Source: an uncultured delta proteobacterium (lineage in GTDB: Bacteria > Desulfobacterota > WTBG01 > CAIYCZ01). From it: a stretch of DNA of 64,000 bases. The stretch spans positions 192,001-256,000 of the forward strand of contig CAWDOY010000003.1 of assembly GCA_963803975.1 (NCBI GenBank), written 5' to 3'. Made by a program: the position numbers and the translations under genes. Under the pieces are notes generated by a model that was not told the DNA's origin, searched no databases, and saw only the letters and a program-made list of their open reading frames with translations. Below, one piece after another: positions 32,468-45,437 of the stretch (the first letter of the stretch is position 1; each line of letters begins with the position of its first letter).

Positions 32468-32515
32468 ATACTATAACAGGTATATTTATATATATAGGGG
32501 CACTATATATTGTGC
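32468..32515. promoter_or_regulatory. Tandem NrdR-box-like operators upstream of smc
   Basis: gcactatatattgtgc (32500-32515) fits the NrdR consensus acaCwAtATaTwGtgt; a weaker atactataacaggtat (32468-32483) lies 32 bp away. Confidence 0.6.
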
Positions 32516-32599
32516 TATATATGGAATATTAAAGATACTGCGGGGGGAGCAATCAGGATGCTGTAAGAAAGAAGGAGCATTGCACGAAAAATGATACCT

Positions 32600-33887
32600 T
32601 TATTTCAGGTGTTGATCTAACATCTCGACAAGATGCAGCACTTGCGTATCTTTTCCTTTTTGATAAACCCCGTCCATAAACTGCAGCATACACCCCATGC
32701 AGCCGGTCACCAGTATTTTTGCCTGTGAATTTTCCAATGACGTTAATTTTTTTTCAAGAATTTTCAGGGACAGGTCATAGTGAGCAATATTAAAACTGCC
32801 TCCCATGCCGCAGCAGGTGCCGGCATTCTCCATCTCTACAAACTCAAACGCGGGCAGAGACCGTAAAAGCTCACGGGGCGGTTTTGAAATCCCCTGACTC
32901 CGGTGCAGATGGCAGGGATCATGATAGGTAACCAGTATTTTTTTATCCATCAGGGCCAGGAGTTTCTGAACCGGGCTGCTCCAATACCTTGAGCCTGTTT
33001 ATAAGGAAATCAGAAATATCTATGATTTTACTGCTGAAAGCTGCAACCTTATCCTGAATATCCTTACCCGCATTTTCAAACAGCATGGGATAGTATTTCT
33101 TCAAAGCAGCACCGCAGGAGGCACAGGTAGTGACAATGTGGTCAACATGTTCTCCGGAGAATGCTTCAATATTCTGCAGCGCCATCTTCCGCGAAGATTC
33201 CCAGTCCCCCGATCCAAAGGCCATGAGGCCGCAGCAGACCTGCTGCCGGGGGACGGTTAGGGTAACGCCGTATTTGTTTAGAATGTGGGCTGCTGCAGAG
33301 CCTACGCGGGGAAAAATATATTTTGTTGCACAGCCGACAAAATAAGCCGCACGCATGGTTTCCTGTGCTGCAGGTATCACCGGAGGATACAGTTCCATGA
33401 AATTTTTTTTCGGCAGGGCAGGGATGAACCTTTTTTTATCTAAAAGGGGAAAGGGAAATCTGAGCCTGAGGCCGCTATATTTTGGAATTTTCTTAAATAA
33501 AAAGCCCTGCACCAGCGAGCCTGCCTTCAGCAAAGCGGGCAGAAAACGCACACTGCTTAAAAGATAGCGAAAGATAAGTTTTTTCGGCAGCGGCAGCCCT
33601 TGTTGCGCGCAGAGCTCTTTTCGCGCTGTAAGAAAAATCTTTTCCGTCTTAACCTGATTGGGGCAGCCTTCGCCGCAGGTATTACAGACCAGGCACTGCG
33701 AAAGAATCTGACCGAGCCGTTTGGATGCGCTGATATCGCCCCCGGCAAAAGACTCTATAAGGGCAAGCTTTCCTCTCGAAGAGTTCTGTTCTAAAAAAGT
33801 TTCCGGATACAGCGGGCAGTTTAAAAGGCACGTGCCGCATTTAGCGCAGCGCGCTGCCTCATCCTTCAGTTCCTGCAGTTCATTCAT
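32600..33887 (-). CDS. glcF: GlcF-like Fe-S oxidoreductase (2x 4Fe-4S plus CCG domains), frameshift near 32945
   Basis: CAKCGTCLLNCP, CLVCNTCGEGCP, YFVGC, VCCG, TYHDPCHL, CCGMGG, TGCMGC. Confidence 0.82.
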
Positions 33888-33891
33888 GTAT

Positions 33892-35286
33892 TCATTCCAG
33901 GACAATCTTATTGGGATTCAAAATGTTGTTAGGGTCAAAGGCCTTCTTGATTCTTTTAATAATCTCAATGCCCGCGGCTCCAACTTCCATGTGGAGATAC
34001 GGGGCCTTGGCAATGCCTATGCCATGCTCTCCTGATATGGTTCCGCCATAGGCAACGGTGGCGCGGAATATCTCAGACACTGCCTGCTCGGCACGTTCCA
34101 GCTCGCCATGATCAGCGCGGTTGATCATGAAATTGGTGTGGATGTTACCATCACCGGCATGACCGAAATTCACATTTATCAGGTTATATTTCTTGGCGAT
34201 CTCCCTGATGGTTCTGATTATGTCCGGCACCCGGCTGCGGGGCACGGTAATGTCCTCGTTAATTTTATGGGGATTCAGCTTGAGAAGCGATGCTGAAATG
34301 GAACGCCTGACCTTCCACAGCTCATCCGCCTCTTGAGCAGTCTGTGCGATTTTGACTGTTTCAGCACCGCCCTGCATGCAGATGGCTTCAATTTTATGTG
34401 CATACTTGTCCACTACTTCGCTGTCGCCATCAACCTCGATGATAAGCAGTGCTTCTGCATGTACGGGAAGCCCTGCATGCAAATAATCTTCAACACAGCG
34501 GATTGCCGCCTGGTCAACAAATTCAAGGGTTGAAGGGATGATTTTTGCCTTGATAATCGCAGAAACCGTTTTTGCAGCCGCGTCCATGGAGGGAAAAATT
34601 GCCTGCATGGTTCTTCGTGCCTCAGGCAGCGGCAGCAGTTTCAGATAGATTCTGGTTATGACGCCCAGCGTCCCCTCAGATCCTACCAGAAAACTGGTAA
34701 GGTCATAGCCGGCAACACTCTTCATGGTTTTAGCGCCGGTCTTAACGATGTCACCACTGGGCAGGACCACTTCGAGCCCCAGAACATAGTCTTTGGTAAC
34801 ACCGTATTTTACGCAGCGCGGGCCTCCGGCGCATTCAGCGACATTGCCTCCAAGGGTAGAGAACTTGAGGCTTGCCGGATCCGGCGGGTAAAACAGGCCG
34901 AGTTTTTCAACGGCGTTTTGCAGCTCAGCGGTGATAACACCGGGCTCTACCTCTGCAACCAGGTTATCCGTATCAATGGCTATAATGTTGTTCATCCGCG
35001 TGAGGGAGAGTACCAGCCCTCCTTTGACCGGCACCGAGCCGCCGGTGAACCCGGACCCGGACCCGCGCGGAATGACCGGAAAGAGATGTTGGTTTGCCAG
35101 CCTGAGCAGTTCGGAAACCTGACCGGCAGTCCGGGCAAAAGCGACTGCCTCGGGAAGACATTTCTGATTCAACGCATCGTAGGAAAAACAGATGAGATCC
35201 TCAGTCTGGGTAAAAACTTCACCCTGAACGATATTTTTTATATCCTGTAATACTGCCGGTGTTATTTTGTTGTATGTCATCATCAA
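33892..35286 (-). CDS. glcD: GlcD-like FAD-linked oxidase (glycolate/D-lactate dehydrogenase)
   Basis: PRGSGSGFTGG, YPPDPAS, GGPRCVKYG, GSEGTLG, GHAGDGNIH, GEHGIG. Confidence 0.88.
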   Translation of the reverse strand: MMMTYNKITPAVLQDIKNIVQGEVFTQTEDLICFSYDALNQKCLPEAVAFARTAGQVSELLRLANQHLFPVIPRGSGSGFTGGSVPVKGGLVLSLTRMNNIIAIDTDNLVAEVEPGVITAELQNAVEKLGLFYPPDPASLKFSTLGGNVAECAGGPRCVKYGVTKDYVLGLEVVLPSGDIVKTGAKTMKSVAGYDLTSFLVGSEGTLGVITRIYLKLLPLPEARRTMQAIFPSMDAAAKTVSAIIKAKIIPSTLEFVDQAAIRCVEDYLHAGLPVHAEALLIIEVDGDSEVVDKYAHKIEAICMQGGAETVKIAQTAQEADELWKVRRSISASLLKLNPHKINEDITVPRSRVPDIIRTIREIAKKYNLINVNFGHAGDGNIHTNFMINRADHGELERAEQAVSEIFRATVAYGGTISGEHGIGIAKAPYLHMEVGAAGIEIIKRIKKAFDPNNILNPNKIVLE

Positions 35287-35449
35287 CCTGCCTTCTCAAT
35301 ATGGTACAATTACCTGGAGCTCGCTTCCCATAAGATTTATGCTATAGAAATAACATTTTAGTATTTACATGGCAAAGTATTTCTGTACAATAGGGGTAAC
35401 AGCAGTCTAAACGGCAGTTGCAATAACCACAGCAGGGAGGGGAGATACC

Positions 35450-36285
35450 ATGATAAAAAGCATTCTCATACCAACCGATGGTTCTGTTAACAGTAATACA
35501 GCACGGGACTGCGGCCTCCATCTGGCCGAACAGTTCGGGGCTGAACTTACCGGGCTCAATGTAATTGACATCAGGGCGCTGGAGGGACCATTCTTTAGTG
35601 ATATCTCAGGGTCCCTCGGGTTTATTCCCTATCAAAACTACCTTCCCAATTATCAGCGCGTTCTTGAAGAGCGCGCTGAGGTAATCCTGGAAGAGTTTAA
35701 AAAAATGTGCTCGGAGAAGGGTGCCCAGGTCAAAACCAGACGGCTGACCGGTATCATCTCCAATATTATAGCTGAAGAAGCAAAAAAGGTTGACCTGGTC
35801 ATCATGGCACAGCGCGGCGAGCATGCACAATGGTCATCGGGCCTGCTGGGATCAACCACAGAATCGGTCGTTCGTAAGTCGCCGCGGCCTGTTATGGTTA
35901 CGCCCCTGAAATTCCGGCCGATGCATAATGTTCTCAGTGCCTATGACGGCAGCAGCGAGTCGAATAAAGCGCTGAAGCTTGCATGCGAATTTGTCCACGC
36001 TATAAAGGGCGCGCTTACGGTACTCGTGGCGGTCACAACGAGGAGAGATGCCGGGAAATCACCGCAGAAGCTGAGGAATTCATCCGGCCCTATCATCTGA
36101 GTGCAACAGCCGCATGGGTGCTGGGTGAGGCGCACGAGGAAATTCTCAAACATGCCGAGCAGAACAATATTGATCTCATTGTTATGGGAGCTTTCGGCCA
36201 CAGCCGGGTACGAGAGCTCCTCCTGGGGGGTACTACTGCATATATCCTGAGAAAAGCTCAGATTCCGGTATTATTGCATCGTTAA
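35450..36285 (+). CDS. Universal stress protein with tandem USP domains, frameshift near 36030
   Basis: ILIPTDGS, LLGSTTESVVRKSPRPV, AYDGS, then DLIVMGAFGHSR...LLGGTT in the shifted frame. Confidence 0.85.
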
Positions 36286-36601
36286 TAGAGAGAGGAGGCT
36301 CCTCACGGGTGCTGAGCCAAGGGGCGGCACTGTATGTAACACGCCTAGCAGCAGCAGGTACATCACGTCCAGGCTGCTGTGTGGCAGCGTCGTATAAAAG
36401 CTCGCTTCCTTTATTCTTCCCCGTTACCATTGTCATACTACTGCACCCTGGCAAACGCACTATCCATTGCCATTTTTATTACACAATAACGAGACCGGCA
36501 GGCAGCTATTTTTTTACTTTACAACCCGTCATTTATACATAATAGTGTCTCACTTACCTGCGCTTGCATTTATATAATACTTCTACTGATAAGGAGCATG
36601 C

Positions 36602-37693
36602 ATGAATAAATATTTCTCGCGGAAGGCAAAAATAAATCCTGACCCCATTGCCCGGGAAATCACTGTGGCAGACCTGGTTGATAAAACATTTCTTGCCTAT
36701 AATGCGGGGCGGCTGCGCGAGGCCTGCCGGCTTTTCACTGATAAAATGATCAAGGAAGACGTGCTCGTCGGCATGAGCATAACCGGTGCGCTTACCCCTG
36801 CCGGGCTCGGCATATCGTGCCTCATCCCGCTGATGAAAAACGGCCTGATTGACTGGATCGTGAGCACCGGGGCAAACCTGTATCATGACCTGCATTTCAG
36901 CCTTGGCAAATCACTCTACCGGGGGTCTCCCCATTGTAATGATACGGTTTTGAGACAGGAGAAGATCGTGCGCATTTATGATATTCTCTTTGATTACGAT
37001 ATTCTCATGTCAACCGACACCTTCATTCGCACCGTGCTTGCAGCGCCTGAGTTTCAGAAAAAGATGAGTTCAGCAGAGCTGCACTATCTGCTGGGCAAAT
37101 ACAGCGCTGCGCGGGAGCGGAAACTCGGGCTTAAAGACCGGAGCATCCTGTCAGCAGCCTACACTAATAAAATCCCCATCTATACATCATCACCGGGTGA
37201 CAGCGGGATAGGCATGAATATAGCAGCGCTTTCGCTTATGGGCAGCGCGCTCAGCATTGATATGAGCCGTGATGTTAATGAAACAGCTGCATTAGTGTAT
37301 GACATTAAAAAGCGCCGCGGCAAAAGCGCCGTGATTATGCTGGGCGGCGGCTCGCCGAAAAATTTTATCCTGCAAACAGAGCCGCATATTCAGGAGATTT
37401 TAAACCTCAATGAAACAGGGCATGACTACTTTATTCAGATAACTGACGCCCGGCCGGACACCGGAGGACTTTCCGGCGCAACGCCGAACGAAGCAGTTAC
37501 CTGGGGCAAGATCAATCCGGGTTCACTTCCCGATACCGTGGTGGTGTATGCTGATACCACGATTGCGCTTCCCGTCATAACCGCATACGCCCTGGAGCGC
37601 GGCAGAAAACGGAAGCACAAAAAGCTCTATGACCGCAGGGATGAACTGCTGGCATCCATGAAACGTGATGCACAAGACAAAGCTAAAAAATGA
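36602..37693 (+). CDS. speY: Deoxyhypusine-synthase-like protein (probable homospermidine biosynthesis)
   Basis: STGANLYHD, RIYD, GGGSPKNF, DTGGLSGATPNEAVTWGK (catalytic Lys), DTTIALP. Confidence 0.8.
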   Translation: MNKYFSRKAKINPDPIAREITVADLVDKTFLAYNAGRLREACRLFTDKMIKEDVLVGMSITGALTPAGLGISCLIPLMKNGLIDWIVSTGANLYHDLHFSLGKSLYRGSPHCNDTVLRQEKIVRIYDILFDYDILMSTDTFIRTVLAAPEFQKKMSSAELHYLLGKYSAARERKLGLKDRSILSAAYTNKIPIYTSSPGDSGIGMNIAALSLMGSALSIDMSRDVNETAALVYDIKKRRGKSAVIMLGGGSPKNFILQTEPHIQEILNLNETGHDYFIQITDARPDTGGLSGATPNEAVTWGKINPGSLPDTVVVYADTTIALPVITAYALERGRKRKHKKLYDRRDELLASMKRDAQDKAKK

Positions 37694-38508
37694 ATAACCT
37701 CAAGAGTGACTATGCAATAGGTATTTTTGATTCAGGAATCGGCGGACTGACGGTGCTGCGGGCGGTTAAGAGGCTGCTGCCGCAGGAGCACATCATGTAT
37801 CTGGGAGACACCGCGCGGGTCCCCTATGGCACGCGCTCGGCTCAAACTGTTTTAAAATACTCCATTGCCAATACTGATTTTCTGCTCAGACAGAATATCA
37901 AACTGCTGGTTATTGCCTGTAATACGGCATCTGCAGTAGCTACGGATGCGCTGCGGGAGCGCTATGCTATCCCGATTATTGAGGTTATAACTCCCGGCGC
38001 ACGCGGGGCGGTCAGGTCAACCCGTTCCCGGAAGGTTGGTATCATCGGCACGGAAACAACAATAAAAAGCGGGGCCTATCAGAAAGCCATACAAGCTTTA
38101 AACCCGCAGATTGAAGTTTTCACCCGGCCCTGCCCGTTATTTGTGCCGCTTGCAGAAGAGGGCTGGTGCGACCCGCAGGATGAGATTGTCCGTTTAACCG
38201 CGCTGCGCTACCTCGAAGAGCTGCAGGGCCACGGCATCGATACGCTGGTGCTCGGATGCACGCACTATCCGCTGCTGAAAGGGGTAATTCAAAAGGTGAT
38301 GGGAGACCCTGTTACCCTCATAGATTCGGCAGAGGAGACAGCACGCGAGGTTGAGAAACTCCTTGAAGAAAACGGGCTGCTGCAGGCACCTACGGGTACA
38401 GGAACCTGTTCGTTCTTTGTTACTGATATTCCGCACCGCTTTATTGAAACCGGAAAATTATTTCTGGGAAAAGAAATAGAGACTGTTCAATTAATTGATA
38501 TTCTGTAA
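37690..38508 (+). CDS. murI: Glutamate racemase
   Basis: FDSGIGGLTV, PYG, ACNTAS, LGCTHYP. Confidence 0.96.
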   Translation: MNNLKSDYAIGIFDSGIGGLTVLRAVKRLLPQEHIMYLGDTARVPYGTRSAQTVLKYSIANTDFLLRQNIKLLVIACNTASAVATDALRERYAIPIIEVITPGARGAVRSTRSRKVGIIGTETTIKSGAYQKAIQALNPQIEVFTRPCPLFVPLAEEGWCDPQDEIVRLTALRYLEELQGHGIDTLVLGCTHYPLLKGVIQKVMGDPVTLIDSAEETAREVEKLLEENGLLQAPTGTGTCSFFVTDIPHRFIETGKLFLGKEIETVQLIDIL

Positions 38509-38513
38509 TAGTA

Positions 38514-38810
38514 GAGCAATTGCAAAAGTATTCAAGAAAAGGGATTGCTTCGCTTCCTAAGAAACTTCCGTTCATGCACAATTCAAAAACATTGTGCAGG
38601 TGGTTCATGCATGCAATGACACCCCCCTGTTTCCCCCCTTGCCAAGGGGGGATGTAAGAGGGGTCTCCCGAGACTTGTTTCTTTCATGAACAACCCCGAA
38701 GCGCAGCGCCGGGGTCAGATGCTCTGCAATGACAAATGGCTTATTTGCTGTCATTGCGAGGAGTGCAGCGACGAAGCAATCTTATAAAATATTATTTTTG
38801 CAATTGGCTC
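38514..38810. mobile_element. Composite MITE-like element with terminal inverted repeats and nested REP-like palindromes
   Basis: Ends gagcaattgcaaaa / ttttgcaattggctc; inner gattgcttcg / cgaagcaatc; inner ggtggttcatg / catgaacaacc; central ccccccttgccaagggggg hairpin. Confidence 0.65.
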
Positions 38811-38861
38811 AGTAGAAAAATAAATTCATGACCGGCTGCAGGAACAGGTATAGGCAGTAGT

Positions 38862-39449
38862 ATGGCAGAGGCAAAGCATAAAGAGAAAAAGCAGAAACAA
38901 AACAAACAGGGCGCTATGTTCTGGCCCGTTGTAATCATCTGCTGTGTAGCTATGGCTGCTGCAGCGCTCTATTTCTATAATAAAGAGCTGGTCGGCAAAA
39001 CCCGTTCCCTGTTCATGGACCAGTCGGGCACCTGGAATGCAACGCTCTATTTTGGTGATGAACGCGCTGATTTTCTTATAACGGAGTTTCGCCGGCTTAC
39101 CACCTCAGCTGATCCGGAAGAAAAGGCAAAAGCCCTGGTCAACGAGCTTATCCGGGGTCCGACAGCCCGGGGGGTGCGGACTTTGCCAAAGCAGACAAGG
39201 CTTATCGGGATAAAAACAGGAGATGACGGTTTATTGAGCATAAATTTCGGGTCGGAAATGGTTCAGTACCACCCGGGAGGAAGCACCGCAGAACTTCTTA
39301 CCGTATATGCCATTGTTAATACAATCACGGCAAATATACCGGAAGTAATAAAAGTTCAGCTGCTGTTTGATGGTATTGCGATAGAGACTATTGCAGGCCA
39401 CATTGATTGCAGCAACCCGATTTACCCAAAACGGGAACTGGTTCATTAA
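38862..39449 (+). CDS. GerMN domain-containing membrane protein
   Basis: N-terminal TM, LYF, ELIRGP, GGSTAELLTVYAIVNT, VQLLFDG, IAGHID; the murI-GerMN order is common. Confidence 0.82.
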   Translation: MAEAKHKEKKQKQNKQGAMFWPVVIICCVAMAAAALYFYNKELVGKTRSLFMDQSGTWNATLYFGDERADFLITEFRRLTTSADPEEKAKALVNELIRGPTARGVRTLPKQTRLIGIKTGDDGLLSINFGSEMVQYHPGGSTAELLTVYAIVNTITANIPEVIKVQLLFDGIAIETIAGHIDCSNPIYPKRELVH

Positions 39450-39489
39450 ATTAACATAACACGCTTGCTCGCGCGTACACACAACAGGT

Positions 39490-41531
<2,042 letters not shown>

Positions 41532-41739
41532 TAATCGTGACCGGTTTTAATACGTTATTATTTTATGTGGCTTTATAAAATCGATGGCAGAGGGATGGGG
41601 TGAGGGTGCAAACAAGTAATTACAGAATTCCAGTATATTATTGCCCCGCTTAATCCCCTTCGCCAGGGGCGGGACAAACTGACTTTTTACGGTTATCATT
41701 ACTATGTGAGTACCTTATTATCAAAGAGAGGAGAATTGA

Positions 41740-41958
41740 ATGAAAGAAAAAGTACAGGAAGTTCTGGATAGAATCCGGCCCGCGCTGCAGGCCGACGGTG
41801 GCAATATTGAACTGATTGACATTGTTGACGGCGTGGTGAAAGTGAAGCTGCTGGGGGCATGTCAAGGGTGCATGGGGGCACAGATGACCCTGAAGATGGG
41901 CGTTGAGAAAGTTCTTAAAGAAGCAATCCCTGAAGTAAAATGCGTGGAGGCTGTTTAA
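41740..41958 (+). CDS. NifU C-terminal/NfuA-type Fe-S carrier
   Basis: IRPALQADGG, GACQGC. Confidence 0.9.
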   Translation: MKEKVQEVLDRIRPALQADGGNIELIDIVDGVVKVKLLGACQGCMGAQMTLKMGVEKVLKEAIPEVKCVEAV

Positions 41959-41966
41959 TTATACGG

Positions 41967-42432
41967 TTACTGCCCTGACGCTTCCGCTTGTTTATCGTGT
42001 GCGGCAAAATAATCCTCAAGAATCTGCTTATGATCAAACACCAGGGGCTGAGGAAGAGAGTCCCTGGTGAATACCCGCGCATCAGAGGCGTCGTCACCGC
42101 CAGCGGGAACGCCGTGCGCTGCGGCACAAAATACCGTCGATATGGTATGAAACCGTGGGTCGCGGGCAGGATCAGAATAGGAATGAAGCTGGCCTTTCAG
42201 GATAACGTCAAGAGCAGTTTCTTCCTTTGCCTCTCTGACCGCAGCATTGTTCAAGCGTTTCTCCGTAATCTACAAAACCCCCCGGCAAGGCCCATCCGAG
42301 CGGGGGGTTTTTTCTCTTTATTAAAACAATCCCGTTGCCTTCAACCTCAATAATGATATCAACGGTAACCTGAGGACTTTTATATTCTTCAAATTCCCGC
42401 GAGCAATACGGACATATTTTACTAACCTTCAT
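41967..42432 (-). CDS. NUDIX hydrolase, frameshift near 42250
   Basis: [15 protein letters not shown] then [10 protein letters not shown] (Nudix box), RDPRFHT, AGGDDA, FDH. Confidence 0.85.
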
Positions 42433-42536
42433 GATTGCGCCTCCGCCTGATTCACATATCCCTTGACGGCCATACTACTGGCTGATAATATCCGTCCAAA
42501 CAGTACCATGTCAACCGTCATTTGTGGTGAGTTGTA

Positions 42537-42737
42537 GTGCGTATGGCATATTTTCTCAGTGTCTTAGGGTTGGCTCTTATTATTGAAGGGCTTCCTTATT
42601 TTGCGTTCCCCGAAAGAATGAAATCACTGCTTGAAAAACTGCCCGCATTTCCCGCCCGGTTTCTCAGAGTATTTGGTGTAGCAGCAATCAGTGTCGGGCT
42701 CTTATTAATTTATATCTCTCAGAACTATCTGCGATGA
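42537..42737 (+). CDS. DUF2065 family small membrane protein
   Basis: LGLALIIEGLPYFAFP...LRVFG. Confidence 0.75.
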   Translation: MRMAYFLSVLGLALIIEGLPYFAFPERMKSLLEKLPAFPARFLRVFGVAAISVGLLLIYISQNYLR

Positions 42738-42752
42738 AACGAGCTCAATACC

Positions 42753-43910
42753 ATGTCACGTCTCATCAGCATTGTTAATGGAACTATAATAATTTTGTTT
42801 TTGTTCTGTTGCCCTGACAGCGGCTGGCCATGCCGGGAAATACCCGGAAACAATCAGGCTGCTTATCGGCACGTATGGTAAAACTTTCTCAGTCGCCGGG
42901 AGCCGGATAAAACTTACATGCCTTGATACCGGCGCCAGACCGGTTTACTGTTCCGGCAATACCCTGTCAGTGAAGCGAAATAAAAAATGGTATAGAAATA
43001 AACAGGGAGCATTTCACCGGGCAGCACTTCAGGCTGGATTCACCCGGACACTGCGCTGACAATTGACGGAACCAGCTATGGCGGAACGGTCATTATTGAT
43101 TGCAGCAGCAAAAAAGAGATGCTGCTCATCAACGAGATAGACCTTGAACAGTATCTTGAAGGCCTCATCAGCATCGAGCTGTCTCCCCGCTGGGAGCTGA
43201 CTGCCATGAAAGTCCAGGCAGTTGTTGCCCGAACCTATGCACTCTATCAGAAAGCAAACAATAGTAATAATCCCTACCACCTCACAACCTCTGTCCTCCA
43301 TCAGCTCTACCGGGGCATTGAACACGCGACCGGGAAAACCAGGCAGGCAGTGAAAGAAACCAGGGGAGAAGTGCTGACCTATAACGGGCTGCCCATCATG
43401 GCAGTCTATCACAGCTGCTGCGGCGGAAGAACTGAAGATGCGGAGAATGTCTGGAACACGGATAAAGACCGGCCCTATTTAAAGGGGGTATTCTGCGGCG
43501 CATGCACGGGGTATGATAAATATTTCTGGAAGCTCACGGTTCCCCGCGGAACATTCTATCAAAAAATCAGTCAGGCCGGATACGCCGGGGATACGGAAGT
43601 GGAATCGTTAGGCATCAACAGGAGAAGCAGCACTAACCGGGTGCTTGAAATAACCATCCAGGGAAGAAGTGGCGGCAAAGCTATTCCGTGTAATGAGTTT
43701 CGTTCACTCTTTGGCTTCTCAGAAATGCGCAGCACCAATTTCATTATCAGGGAAACGGAAGACGGCTACCTCAACTTTTTAGGCATCGGTAATGGCCATG
43801 GAGTCGGCATGTGCCAGTGGGGAGCGCGCTTTCGTGCGCTGCGGGGAGAAACGTACCAGAATATCCTCCGCCACTATTATCCCGGCACGAAACTGGAGAG
43901 ATGGTACTGA
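42753..43910 (+). CDS. SpoIID/LytB domain protein, frameshifted N-terminus
   Basis: LEQYLEG, QAVVARTYA, YHSCCGGRTE, PYL, GNGHGVGMCQWGA, ILRHYYPG; signal-peptide-like start at 42753. Confidence 0.85.
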
Positions 43911-43924
43911 GACCGGATGGTTCT

Positions 43925-45283
43925 TCATGCGGTTATTCTGCATTCCAGTTTCAGTTTTTCAAGATCATGCAATGAAAATCTTTCCCACTGACAGGGTAGC
44001 AGACTGTTATTGTGAAACAGCGGCTCATCTGCTATGGGAAAGGATGATGCGGCAACTGCCCGGTCCCATAACGCAGTGCCCGGAATAGGGGAGTATTCTG
44101 CAATGATGGGCTTTAATCCCACTGCTTTTACCAGTTGAATGGTATCAGAAATCTCACGGGCCTCCTGTTCCGGAAGCCCGGCAAGTATATAGACGCCAAC
44201 CTCACGGGAAGTAAAACCCGCCATCCGGAGAAAGCCTGCTGTATTTATAAATTCTTCTGTTACTACTTTTCCTCCGGTCAGCTTCTGCCTGTTTGTGTCA
44301 GCGGTTTCAAGACCAAGCCTGATTGTTTTGCAGCCTGATTTCATCATCAGGTCTGCAATCTCCTGCGTAAAATACCTGATGTGCAGGCCATTGGGAAAAT
44401 GGAGCCTGATGGGTAAATTTCTTTTTATCAGCTCCTTTAAGAGAGGCAGAGCATGCGCTCCGGGGTCAAACATGAATGCATCATCGTAAAACGCAAAATC
44501 TGTAACGCCTTCATGCTGTGCCCAATGTTCAATCTCATCTGCAACTTTCAGGGGGGTTCTGCGGCTAAAACCGTTACATAGCAGGGAAGATGCGCAGTAG
44601 GTACAGCTGAACGGGCACCCTCTGGCTGTCATTATGGGCAGCGCAGCTTTTGATGACAGCAGTTCATACGCAGGGTAGGGGAGGCTGTCAGGATTATATA
44701 TATCAGGCAGGGCTGCAATTTCTTTGCGCGTGAGTTCTGCTACGATACGAAGAACTTCTGATTCTCCGGGACCGCGCACCACGATATCAGCACCTGATAA
44801 CTTCCGGGCATGCTCATGACAAATGGTTGCATAAACTCCTCCCAAAACAACCGGCACGTCAGGATAGCGCGCTTTTACACGGTTAATAACTTCAAACACG
44901 CCCGGATAACAGTAGGTCATCATGGAGGTTACGAGCACTGCCTGCGGTTTTGGCAGAGAAGAGACGCTATCTTCGAATATCTCGGGCGTTATGCCATAGC
45001 GTTTATAGCGTTTATTGATGATGGATTTTAATGCATCAGGTTTTGATACCTGCTGATTATAAAAGCGGCCCCTGCCGGTATCCTGCCGTGCAAGTATTTT
45101 AGTTCCAAACAGCTCATGCATGCGAGGATGGTTTGGGTCCAGGCAATCAATGAAATGAACGCCAAAACCATTAGATTTCAGAAGTGCTGCAATATACAAA
45201 AGACCCAGCGGCTTTGACCACAGGTCATAGGCGGCAAAATCATAGATCCAGGGATTAATTAATAAAATGAATGGCGTGCTCAC
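43925..45283 (-). CDS. B12-binding-domain radical SAM protein
   Basis: PLGLLYIA, VVLGGVYAT, GPGE, RGCPFSCTYC, FYDD, GLET, GLP. Confidence 0.85.
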   Translation of the reverse strand: MSTPFILLINPWIYDFAAYDLWSKPLGLLYIAALLKSNGFGVHFIDCLDPNHPRMHELFGTKILARQDTGRGRFYNQQVSKPDALKSIINKRYKRYGITPEIFEDSVSSLPKPQAVLVTSMMTYCYPGVFEVINRVKARYPDVPVVLGGVYATICHEHARKLSGADIVVRGPGESEVLRIVAELTRKEIAALPDIYNPDSLPYPAYELLSSKAALPIMTARGCPFSCTYCASSLLCNGFSRRTPLKVADEIEHWAQHEGVTDFAFYDDAFMFDPGAHALPLLKELIKRNLPIRLHFPNGLHIRYFTQEIADLMMKSGCKTIRLGLETADTNRQKLTGGKVVTEEFINTAGFLRMAGFTSREVGVYILAGLPEQEAREISDTIQLVKAVGLKPIIAEYSPIPGTALWDRAVAASSFPIADEPLFHNNSLLPCQWERFSLHDLEKLKLECRITA

Positions 45284-45437
45284 GGCGTTTAGGTTTAAGG
45301 CCAGTTTATTTCAGATTCAGGATGTGCTAAATAATAAATTTCCTCATTTACATAAGACTGATTAATTCTTGTTTCTTATCATAACTAATGCTAATTTAAC
45401 AACGAATGAAAATATTGTTTAATCATGTAATTATTAT

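Noticed and set aside
32930..32960. Programmed frameshift, selenocysteine readthrough or a genuine two-gene split in glcF
   Set aside because: The downstream part is in another frame and the stop is TAA. Given the window-wide indel rate, assembly error is the simpler explanation.
36286..36600. Possible riboswitch upstream of the DHS-like gene
   Set aside because: No recognisable aptamer consensus by eye.
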